A stretch of 64,000 nucleotides of DNA, from assembly GCA_002269645.1 (NCBI GenBank), contig NIVC01002729.1:1-64000 (forward strand), read 5' to 3'. A program made the position numbers and the translations under genes. The notes beneath the pieces were generated by a model that worked only from the letters and a program-made list of their open reading frames with translations, did not search any database and was not told where the DNA came from. Origin of the DNA: Macrostomum lignano (taxonomy: Eukaryota). Each line of letters begins with the position of its first letter. Position 1 is the stretch's first letter. This document shows positions 13,503-24,800 of this stretch, in pieces.

Positions 13503-14778
13503 ATGGCGTTGAAACGCTGCGACCGCCTATGCAATGTTCACGGCCTGGCCAAGCTCATCTTCCTGGCCTGCATCACTCTCATCACCTGTGGCGTAATTGT
13601 TGGCACAATCCTGGTGCCGCTGATCATCCTGCCGTACTCCAGAGAGAGCCGCTTCGCCGACGCCAACTGCACCTATCTGACCGAGCACCTCATCGCCAAG
13701 CTGCCCTGCGAGAGCAAGTGCAGCAAAGACAAGAGCAGCTTCCCCTGCTACAGCATTCGGGTCAGCATCAGCCAGACCAATCAAACCGGGATGCTGTACG
13801 AGAACTTCATCACGTTTTCTGAGCGACACGACGAGCCGGTAAGAACTGTGGTCTAGATAATTTTATTTTGCTGGAGCCGGTGCAACATTTTGATAGAAGA
13901 TGTGCAACCGACAGCTCAGCCGCAGCTATTGCGCGGCGCATCTGAAGGCTGCGTACGGCTGTTCAGTCGAAGGATTGGGGGGTCGCCAACCACACCATCA
14001 ATTACCCCAGCTAATGCTGGCACCCATTTTACAGCTGGGTGAACTGAAGCAATGCAGAGTTAAATGTACATGTATTTCTCAAGGACACAAATTTTGGCGA
14101 GTGGATCGAGAATTGAACCCCCGATCTTTCATTCGCGAGTCCGACGCTCTAACCACTAGGCTACGAGCTACAACCCCATTTGTAAGGATTTTATCGTAAC
14201 ACTAATACTTCGTCAGCGGAGTCAGCGGAATGGGCAGAATTGCCGTCAGCGATGGTTGTGTGCGCAGCCCTCCGGCGGACATAACAATAATTATGTTTAC
14301 TACTAGTAATATAATAATTTATCGATTCACAAGTTTACCTACCTACAGTTTAGAGACCAGGTGGTAACCAAATGTCAAGCCAAGTGACCAATCTCTGACA
14401 CACACTGAAGTTTTTTCCTGAAATTCGGATTCTCTTCGGCGCGCGTGTTCCCTGACTTCTGTCGTCTCATTCCCCTGTCAGATCAATCAGTGCGGCACCG
14501 CTCCCTGCCTGTCTCAGGCGGCCGAGAACGTCGCCATGACAACCAGATTTATCAGGACCCTGCGCAAGAGCCGCAGCTTCCCTTGCCACTACCAGCCGGC
14601 TTCGAAGCCCGGCGGCCCGACCCCAGTGCTGCTGCACCGCATCTTCTCCAGGCGGCAGGCGACTCACTGCATCATCTGGCCGGCTGTGGCGGTGGCCGCC
14701 GGCCTGTCGCTGCTGGTGAGCACCTATTACTGCGCCGGCTGCACGGTGTGGACGCAGGACAAAACTGTCATAGCCTGA
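13503..14778 (+). CDS. KCNMB/CaKB-like two-TM protein, paralog 2; exons 13503-13838 and 14491-14778, ~207 aa
   Basis: TM1, CESKCSKDKSSFPCYSIRV, C-x4-C, FPCHY, THCIIWP-TM2. Phase-0 intron CCG|GTAAGA..AATCAG|TGC at the same position as in paralog 1. Short 5'UTR intron candidate 13433-13491. Confidence 0.8.
13899..14172 (-). mobile_element. SINE family B (tRNA-Arg-like head, CORE-like centre) in the KCNMB-like 2 intron
   Basis: Minus head TAGCCTAGTGGTTAGAGCGTCGGACTCGCGAATGAAAGATCGGGGGTTCAATTC; body shared with 11370 and 16110 copies. Confidence 0.85.
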
Positions 14779-15577
14779 CGGAGTTCTGCTATGCCCAAAA
14801 ATGTATTAACAGCCACTACTGAGGAATACAGGGGTGGGTGCACTGCCAGGTTAATGAGGGCTAGATCCCCTAGGCTTGGCTTGGCTTTTCGCGAGTGTCA
14901 GACCGTCGTCAATCTGAGAGAGAGAAGCCATGCACCAACCTGCAGATTCTGTCACAAAAGACAGACCGATAAGCTACTCGTGCGATCTCATTAGGAACTC
15001 TTGATTTAGTCTTGATTGCACGTCTCTTTCTCAAAGCTGTCCCAAGCTTTAAGGTTGATCTTTTATTAGTTTCTATCATTCTCATGCAGATGCACTTTTT
15101 CAAGGACTTTTTGGCGATGTATCTGTTTAAGAAATGTTGTTATTAAGCCTGGCAGCCCGAACTAGCTGTAGTATTGTAATTTATCACTTTGCTTATTCCA
15201 TCATAGATAAGATTCCTGTGCAATATTTTATTCGATAATTTTCCCAAAGTGATTTTATTCTTTCATTTACGAATAATTAATATAAATATACAATTATATA
15301 ATTGCAAAACTGAAGAACAAAGGATCAAAACGACTTCTGACACGTCAAAAGTTTGAAACGAAACGACATTCTTAAGCGTTAGACGGCTTCAATTTATTTT
15401 AATGAACTTCAACTTTTTGACGGGATGAAAAAATGAGCATTTTTGTGGTTGAAATAAATCAGCAAAAAATGCTTGAACCGCATTTGGCTTGAAAAAAAAT
15501 AGAAAAATGAAATAAACTGGTCATCCGGTTTTTCTGGTCGCCATGGGTTTAATTAGTTACTCAGTAGGCAACCGTGC

Positions 15578-17036
15578 TCAAGTCAGCGGCTGAGTAATCC
15601 GCACAATGCCGGCTGTCTGCAGGAAGTTGGTGCAGTTGAACTGCAGGGTGGAGTTGTCCATGAGCACCGGGTGGCACGCGTAGCGCATGAAGTCCGGCAG
15701 CAGGTCCTCCATCTCGAGGACGGCTCGCACGATTCTGTCCCAGCTGGCGGCCCGCACGATGACCACACGCCTGGGCAATGACTTGTACAGCTCCAGGCTG
15801 CCCAGGCTGATGCGCGCCTGCGTATTGTGCGCGGGCAGATTGTGCAGAGATTGTGGTTACGCTCCGTGAATAAGATATGAGTATCCGAATTTTGATAAAT
15901 CCTATACTTGCTCCATCGAAAAGGATCGATGTTCCATTTCGGACATTAAAACGGTAAAAGAAACTGTTGGGTACACTACTTAGAAGTAGTAACAAATGAT
16001 TTTTGACGCTTCAGGCTGGTAGATGAAATGAGCTTCAACCGATTGCTGCTGGATAGCGTGCTGGATAGTTAGCTAGCAAGTTGTAGCCTAGATGGGGATG
16101 TAGCCTCACGTCGGGGGTTCGATTCCCGATCCTACTGGAACAATATCTGTGTCCTTGAGCAAGACATTTAACTCTGCATTGCTTCGGTTCAACCAGCTGT
16201 AAATGGGTGCCAGCATTAGCTGGGGTAATTGAGGGTGTGTGTGGCGACCCCCCAGTCCTTGGACTGAACAGCCGTACGCAGCCTTCAGATGCGCCGCGCA
16301 ATAGCTGCGGCTGAGCTGTCGGTTGCACATCTAGCGAAATTGGGGCCTGTGTAGTCAATTACGAGCGTATTATTATTATCTAGCAAGTCAAAGGGGGCAG
16401 TAAAATCCAGGCCAACGAAGAGGCAAGCAGTCACATCCGCTCCTCGGTGACCCCTGGCAATCATTTTTTAGGTTAATCGCGAGTTTGAATCTGTATAACT
16501 ATTAATTTCAAGGATTAGTACAGAATACACTTCTCGTAATACGAACAGTTAAGGATCTTTTTATGATTATAAGATGTTCCGGCTCAACTCCAGGTGAGGG
16601 ACTCAGGACCTGCTCAACTCCAGGTGAGGGACTCAGGACCTGCTCAACTCCAGGTGAGGGACTCAGGACCTGCTCAACTCCATGCAGGTGAGGGACTCAG
16701 GACTCAGGACCTGCTCACCCCTGATTTGTTCATGATGACCAGAAGTCGCCTATCGGTAGCGAACCGCTTGTCCAAGTCCATGAACGGCGCCATCAGACGG
16801 TCTACCTCGGAGCTGTACAGATAGACGTAGAACCAATAGTGCACTCGAAAGTCGGTGGTATCCGTTGGCTGAGACGGCTGCAGGCTGCGGTAGGGAAACG
16901 GCAGGCAGCCAGGCTTGGTCAGAACTCCGGTCTGTTCGGCCTTGTCCGCGTTGCCATTCTCCGTGTTCAACGACTTTGGATCGGCTAAGCGGTTCCTCTG
17001 CAGCCGGGCTCGGCGAGGCGTCTTTTCCTGCGACAT
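15578..17036 (-). CDS. Hypothetical two-exon protein, ~185 aa; exons 17036-16719 and 15817-15578
   Basis: GC3-rich ORF segments joined in phase 0 by GGG|GTGAGC..ACGCAG|GCG; product ..FRVHYWFYVYLYSSEVDRLMAPF..SGARISLGSLELYKSLPRRVVIVRAASWDRIVRAVLEMEDLL..; family not recognised. Confidence 0.65.
16110..16332 (+). mobile_element. SINE family B (CORE-like)
   Basis: Box B GGTTCGATTCC followed by GTGTCCTTGAGCAAGACATTTAACTCT..CAGCTGTAAATGGG and the family tail GGTTGCACATCT. Confidence 0.85.
16578..16718. repeat. 30-bp minisatellite family X, array 1 (about 4 copies)
   Basis: Unit GTGAGGGACTCAGGACCTGCTCAACTCCAG; abuts the donor of the hypothetical gene. Confidence 0.9.
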
Positions 17037-17532
17037 TGGCTTTATGCTCTATTTGGTGTATAAATATATATACTATATAGCTGGCCTGACGTGCCCCAGC
17101 TGATCCTTTCACTGCGACTGTTGTTAGCCTAAAGCGTCTTCAAATCATGGACGTAGGAAAGAACTTGACCGTTAGAAGTTTGAGCTTACCTAGGAAATGT
17201 CATAGACATTTACATGTATAGCTGTCGCTCACACTCTGCCAGCTGCTTATTAATTCGGATATGTATTCATGTATGTATTCATTATGTATTCATATTCGGA
17301 TATGTATTATGTATTTATGTCGTAAAACTTTTTACCATAGACAACTCATAAACGTCTGGGGGGGAGAGAGAGTCAGAGTTTATACACAGAGCATAAAAGT
17401 GCAATCAAAGTTGGTCGGACAGGTGGAGAATGTATACCGTATTTCTTATAAGTTTCGGCAGTCTTTTTCAGCTGTCTGGGTGGAAATATTCTACAGTTCT
17501 TTTCAATTTTTATAAAATCTCCCAAAGGCGTG

Positions 17533-17695
17533 GGTTGAGCAGATCCTGAGTCGCTCATCTGCAGTTGAGCAGATCCTAAGTCCCTCATCTGGAGTTGAGA
17601 AGGTCCTGAGTCGCTCATCTGCAGTTGAGAAGGTCCTAAGTCCCTCATCTGGAGTTGAGAAGGTCCTGAGTCCCTCATCCGGAGTTGAGCAGGAG
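17533..17695. repeat. 30-bp minisatellite family X, array 2, inverted (about 5 copies)
   Basis: Reverse complement of the same unit (GTTGAGCAGATCCTGAGTCGCTCATCTGCA). Confidence 0.9.
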
Positions 17696-18311
17696 TAGTG
17701 GAATGAGGTGTCACTGGAGTGTCAGAAAGGAAAGTGTCAAAAACTGTGGTGTCAAAAGGGAGGTGTCAGAATGGGAGGTGTCAGAATGGAAGGTGTCAGT
17801 ATGGGAGGTGTCAGAACGAGAGGTGTCAGACGGAAGAGTTGACAAAAAGAAAGTTGCTGTGTCTATAGATACCTTTGTGACTACTGGTTGAACTAGGACA
17901 GTTTATGTTTTCAAAAATGTGAAGCATTAAAATGACTCTTAATTTTTAAAAGTAATAGAACAAAACTGATATAAACTTTTCTGACAACAACGGAGGCAGT
18001 TAATTTTATAAGCATTGTCGGTTTCAAAACGGAATATATTTAATAAATAACAATTTTTATTTAGACGCTCAACTCCGATAACATGCGGGCTGGAGGTGCT
18101 TCATCTCAAACAGAAAAAAACGGTGCGTCCATTCTCTTTCAAAGAATTCAAAAAACACCTTATAGTGCACAGTCTAACAAAAATTTACAACGCACAGAGG
18201 CAATGTTATGAGAAATGAGTGGAGCAGGATGAACTGTTTCTTAGGAAAAGCAACGGCTTAAAGGATAACACCCTGGCAGTACTGCCGTGGACAGCGAAAG
18301 TATAAGGGTGC

Positions 18312-18565
18312 CTGCACTGAGCATCTCACCCTGCACTGAGCATCTCACCCTGCACTGAGTATCTCACCCTGCACTGAGCATCTCACCCTGCACTGAGCAT
18401 CTCACCCTGCACTGAGTATCTCACCCTGCACTGAGCATCTCACCCTGCACTGAGCATCTCACCCTGCACTGAGCATCTCACCCTGCACTGAGTATCTCAC
18501 CCTGCACTGAGTATCTCACCCTGCAATGAGTATCTCACCCTGCAATGAGTATCTCACCCTGCGCT
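18312..18565. repeat. 19-bp minisatellite (about 13 copies)
   Basis: Unit CACTGAGCATCTCACCCTG. Confidence 0.95.
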
Positions 18566-18836
18566 GAGAAAGTTATTGCGCTGAAAATAGAAAAAAAATT
18601 GTATTTCAAAAGCGATGAATCGATGGTAATGTTTCGGGTGTTGCGTCCTTCTGCTTTGGTTGTCCGCGAGTTGCTACTGCTAATAAAATTCATAAGTAGT
18701 ATACATATTTACTATAAGAATAATTAGAGCTAAACTTTACAGTTATAAAGATCCGGCCACCAGCTGCCACCTCGCATGTGACTTTACTCGCATTGCATAT
18801 GCTCATTAAAAAATGTCCACAGGCCATAGCAACGGG

Positions 18837-21800
18837 TCATCGGGAAGCTGCGGCGAAGGTCAACCCGTCATCTCGGCGAACCTCCGGCTCCGGCTCGGGC
18901 AGAGACGCACCCGATTCTTCGTTGGCTTCACGCAGTCCAGCCTCCTCGCGATCGGCTTCATCGTCCTCTCCGAGTTCCTGCTCCTCCTCATAGTCTGCGT
19001 CGGCATCACAGGCGTATTTGCCGAGCTCTGCCGAGTCGGCGGCGAACAGGCTCTGGTAGGCGCCAACGAGCTGCTGGAACAGCGGCTGCTGCTGTGAGCT
19101 GTCGGCCTCGCTGTGAGCCAGAGTCGCAGTCTCCACAACGTGGCACCAAGGCGCCGAGGCTGCAGCGGCGGCAGCAGCGGCCGCGGCGGCTGCGGCAGCG
19201 GCTGAATAGGCCGACTGAGCATCCTGCTGCTGCTGCTGATGCTGTTGCTGAGAATGATGAAGATGGCTAGGATGCTGCAGATGATGCTGGCCGCCAAGGT
19301 GCTGTCTCGGATCGTGTCTGACAGGCGATGACGCAATCATTGGTATGCCGTTCAGAGTGCGCTGGGGAGAGGTAAGACAAGCTTTCCATGCATTTTGTTT
19401 ATTGCAGTTAAATATGACGCTATCATGTTAAATCTTCTCAGTTCCCGGTTAAGGACTCAGGATCTGCCCGAATTCAGATGAAGGCCTCAGGATCTGCTCA
19501 ACTGCAGGTAAGAGACTCAGGATCTGCTCAACTGCATGTGAGGGACTCAGGACCTGCTCAGCTCCCGGTGAGGGACTCAGGACCTACTCAACTGCGGGTG
19601 AGGAACTCAGGATCTGCTCAAATTCAGGTGAGGGACTCAGGATCTGCTCAACTTCAGATGAGGAACTCAGGATCTGCTCAACTGCAGGTGAGGGACTCAG
19701 GACCTGCTCAACTGCATGTGAGGGACTCAGGACCTGCTCAACTTCAGATGAGGAACTCAGGATCTGCTCAACTGCAGGTGAGGGACTCAGGACCTACTCA
19801 ACTGCGGGTGAGGAACTCGGGATCTGCTCAAATTCAGGTGAGGGACTCAGGATCTGCTCAACTTCAGATGAGGAACTCAGGATCTGCTCAACTGCAGGTG
19901 AGGGACTCAGGACCTGCTCAACTGCATGTGAGGGACTCAGGACCTGCTCAACTTCAGATGAGGAACTCAGGATCTGCTCAACTGCATGTGAGGGACTCAG
20001 GACCTACTCAACTGCGGGTGAGGAACTCAGGATCTGCTCAAATTCAGGTGAGGGACTCAGGATCTGCTCAACTTCAGATGAGGAACTCAGGATCTGCTCA
20101 ACTGCAGGTGAGGGACTCAGGACCTGCTCAACTGCATGTGAGGGACTCAGGACCTGCTCAACTTCAGATGAGGAACTCAGGATCTGCTCAACTGCAGGTG
20201 AGGGACTCAGGACCTGCTCAACTGCGGGTGAGGGACTCAGGACCTGCTCAACTGCATGTGAGGGACTCAGGACCTGCTCAGCTCCCCGGTAAGAGACTCA
20301 GGATCTGCTCAACTGCGGGTGAGGGACTCAGGACCTGCTCAACTGCATGTGAGGGACTCAGGACCTGCTCAGCTCCCCGGTAAGAGACTCAGGATCTGCT
20401 CAACTCCCGGTGAGAGACTCAGGCTGCACTCCCGCACACTGAAAGCAGGTGCACTAGCCGGTCGCTGCGCAATTGTTGGTGGTGGAGTCAAAATTCGGGG
20501 GGGGGGGCAATAATAGTGAGGGCTTGGGCGAGCGTAACTAGAAAAAGATTAGCGACCGCGTCTCTTGGTCTCTTCCGGCACTGCCAGGGGTCTTGTTTGG
20601 TCAGGCCTTGCCAAACGCCTCCTTCCGCCGTCGCCCCCCCCCTCAAATCAGCCCGGCTGCTGCGGTTTCTGGGATCTGCTGCGACCCCCCCCCTCGGGCT
20701 AGTGGGTGGACTCAAACAAGCTGGCTGGGGAACACGGCATAGAATCCCATTATTCAGCTATTTCAGTCGGCCAGGTGTTTACGCAGCTGAGATCTCATCC
20801 TCAGGGGGGCGTGGAGCTGCACTGTGGATTTCTGCTGCTTCTGGTTCGGCAACCTCGGGGTGGACAATTTCACTGCACCTAAGCCGACCTGCACACTGCT
20901 TGTCACTCTGTCTGTCTGCCAGTACGTAAATCAATTTTTAACTGCTATTTGGTTTTGCTATTGACTTCTCATTTCTATTAAGTTGTTCTCAGAGAAGAGT
21001 TTCCCGTCATTAGAAAGGAATGAATGAATAGAATGGATTGCTAACCTAGCCAACATCACGGATGCAGGAATAGAATGGATTGCTAACCTAGCCAACATCA
21101 CGGATGCAGGAATAGAATGGATTGCTAATCTAGCCAACATCACGGATGCAGGAATAGAATGGATTGCTAACCTAGCCAACATCACGGATGCAGGAATAGA
21201 ATGGATTGCTAATCTAGCCAACATCACGGATGCAGGAATAGAATGGATTGCTAATCTAGCCAACATCACGGATGCAGGAATAGAATGGATTGCTAATCTA
21301 GCCAACATCACGGATGCAGGAATAGAATGGATTGCTAATCTAGCCAACATCACGGATGCAGGAATAGAATGGATTGCTAATCTAGCCAACATCACGGATG
21401 CAGGAATAGAATGGATTGCTAATCTAGCCAACATCACGGATGCAGGAATAGAATGGATTGCTAACTAGCCAACATCACGGATGCAGGAATAGAATGGATT
21501 GCTAATCTAGCCAACATCACGGATGCAGGAATAGAATGGATTGCTAATCTAGCCAACATCACGGATGCAGGAATAGAATGGATTGCTAACCTAGCCAACA
21601 TCACGGATGCAGGAATAGAATGGATTGCTAACTAGCCAACATCACGGATGCAGGAATAGAATGGATTGCTAATCTAGCCAACATCACGGATGCAGGAATA
21701 GAATGGATTGCTAATCTAGCCAACATCACGGATGCAGGAATAGAATGGATTGCTAATCTAGCCAACATCACGGATGCAGGAATAGAATGGATTGCTAATC

Positions 21801-24800
21801 TAGCCAACATCACGGATGCAGAATAGAATGGATTGCTAATCTAGCCAACATCACGGATGCAGGAATAGAATGGATTGCTAATCTAGCCAACATCACGGAT
21901 GCAGGAATAGAATGGATTGCTAATCTAGCCAACATCACGGATGCAGGAATAGAATGGATTGCTAATCTAGCCAACATCACGGATGCAGGAATAGAATGGA
22001 TTGCTAATCTAGCCAACATCACGGATGCAGGAATAGAATGGATTGCTAATCTAGCCAACATCACGGATGCAGGAATAGAATGGATTGCTAACCTAGCCAA
22101 CATCACGGATGCAGGAATAGAATGGATTGCTAACTAGCCAACATCACGGATGCAGGAATAGAATGGATTGCTAACTAGCCAACATCACGGATGCAGGAAT
22201 AGAATGGATTGCTAACTAGCCAACATCACGGATGCAGGAATAGAATGGATTGCTAATCTAGCCAACATCACGGATGCAGGAATAGAATGGATTGCTAATC
22301 TAGCCAACATCACGGATGCAGGAATAGAATGGATTGCTAATCTAGCCAACATCACGGATGCAGGAATAGAATGGATTGCTAATCTAGCCAACATCACGGA
22401 TGCAGGAATAGAATGGATTTGCTAACCTAGCCAACATCACGCATGCAGGAATAGAATGGATTGCTAATCTAGCCAACATCACGCATGCAGGAATAGAATG
22501 GATTGCTAATCTAGCCAACATCACGGATGCAGGAATAGAATGGATTTGCTAACCTAGCCAACATCACGCATGCAGGAATAGAATGGATTGCTAATCTAGC
22601 CAACATCACGCATGCAGGAATAGAATGGATTGCTAATCTAGCCAACATCACGGATGCAGGAATAGAATGGATTTGCTAACCTAGCCAACATCACGGATGC
22701 AGGAATAGAATGGATTGCTAACCTAGCCAACATCACGGATGCAAGAATAGAATGGATTGCTAATCTAGCCAACATCACGGATGACAGAACAGAATGGATT
22801 TGCTAACCTAGCCAACATCACGGATGCAGGAATAGAATGGATTGCTAACCTAGCCAACATCACGGATGCAAGAATAGAATGGATTGCTAATCTATCCAAC
22901 ATCACGGATGCAGGAATAGAATGGATTGCTAATCTAGCCAACATCACGGATGCAGGAATAGAATGGATTGCTAATCTAGCCAACATCACGGATGCAGGAA
23001 TGGAATGGATTGCTAATCTAGCCAACATCACGGATGCAGGAATAGAATGGATTGCTAATCTAGCTAACATCACGGATGCAGGAATAGAATGGATTGCTAA
23101 TCTAGCCAACATCACGGATGCAGGAATGAATGGATTGCTAATCTAGCCAACATCACGGATGCAGGAATAGAATGGATTGCTAATCTAGCCAACATCACGG
23201 ATGCAGGAATAGAATGGATTTGCTAATCTGTCTTATAAATAATGAACAAAAAAGATTACCTTCTGATAGACATCCTCACCTTCTGCTGCTGGTGCTCCAT
23301 CTGTTTCATGAGCAGCTGTTTCTTCTTGTCCTTGCACCGCTTGTTCTGAAACCAGACCCTGATGACTCGCGGGCTCAGGCCGGTCATCTCCACCAGCTGC
23401 TCCTTCATCAGCGCGTCCGGCCGAGGATTGGCCGCGTAGCAGGTGCGCAGCGTGTGCAGCTGCTTCTCGTTCAGCACCGTCCGGACTCGGGTCGCTTTGC
23501 TGCTGTCCTTGCCGCCGCCGCCGCCGCCGCCACAGACGGTTTTTCCGCGCTTCCCTCCGCCTGCGGCGGCGCCACTTGAAGCGCCGGTTCCACTGCCGAC
23601 ACCGTTGGACACAGCAGGCTCCGACGCCGTTGACTGACTCGCTGAATCCTCGTCGTTGCCTGTTTATCAGGTTAAGGGAGCGAGTCGTACGTTTCCCCAA
23701 ATCAGGAGCATCTTGCATCATTTGCCGTCTTGTTCGCCAACAATATGTATTAAGCCCGAAAGGAAATGGCGCCCAGCTACCGGTCTGAGGGAATTTCGAA
23801 TAGAAAAATCATTGTCCGCCCGCCAATACGAGGCCTCCGAGATCGCGTCCTGTCCTGTCTTGTCTTGTCTTGGCTTGTCTTGGCCTGTCCACCTTAATCC
23901 CTCGCTGGTGGGCTGGCACAGAAGCAGCAACAGCAGCACAGCAAGAGAAGGCAGCAGTTGGAGCAGCAGACGCCGCCACGGCCGCCGCCACCAAGTCCCG
24001 CCAGCAGACGAGGAGTCTCCTCCATCCCCCGTCTCCCCAGCAGAAAGTGGATGCCTAAAAGTATTAAAGAAAGAACACACACACACACAAACAGGCACGC
24101 ACGACTAAACGTCTAGTCTTGCTTTTCTGTATGTCGTCTGATCCTTTAGACTGTGGGGTGGGTGGGTGGTCCTGTCAGGCCCTTGGGGTGGGGCACGAAT
24201 GGGGGGTCCCGACTGCCTGGCCCCCTGCTACAAAGAAGCCCATTAATCACCCCGGGAAGTCCGCCTTTTTCAAGCCGGGGCGAAACGACGGTGCAGAGGA
24301 TAACCTGCCCGGTCCATCCCCACACTGCTTTCCCAGATCCCACTTGTCAGTCAGGCAGTAAAGGCCAAATGTTCATGTAGGCATGACAATGGCCTGCTTT
24401 ATCAACTGGACATTGGAGGTAGCTGAACCACCTGAATGCGCTCGGCAGCACAACTGAGAATTTTCAGAAATTTCACTGAGATTAAGGTTTCATTAACACA
24501 ATCGGCGGACACAATCTAGGCAAATCTGCAGACACAATCTTGACATAGCTGGAGACACAATCTTGACATAGCTGGAGACACAATCTTGACATAGCTGGAG
24601 ACACAATCTTGACAAATCTGCAGGCACAATCTTGACAAATCTGCAGACACAATCTCGGCAAATCTGCAGGCACAATCTCGGCAAATCTGCAGACACAATC
24701 TCGGCATATCTGCAGACACAATCTCGGCAAATCTGCAGACACAATCTCGGCAAATCTGCAGACACAATCTCGGCAAATCTGCAGACACAATCTTGACAAA

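Noticed and set aside
14090-14172. Possible tRNA genes (also 4520-4585, 53560-53630, 59895-59965)
   Set aside because: Box A/B present but no acceptor-stem pairing; each continues into a SINE body or matches a SINE head.
19478-23146. Long repetitive ORFs (VRDSGPAQL.., [14 protein letters not shown].., [13 protein letters not shown]..)
   Set aside because: Translations of intronic minisatellites whose unit length is a multiple of three; broken by single-base indels; no unique coding flanks.
21028-23228. CRISPR-like appearance of regular 30-45 bp repeats
   Set aside because: Units are head-to-tail with no unique spacers, no cas genes, eukaryotic context.
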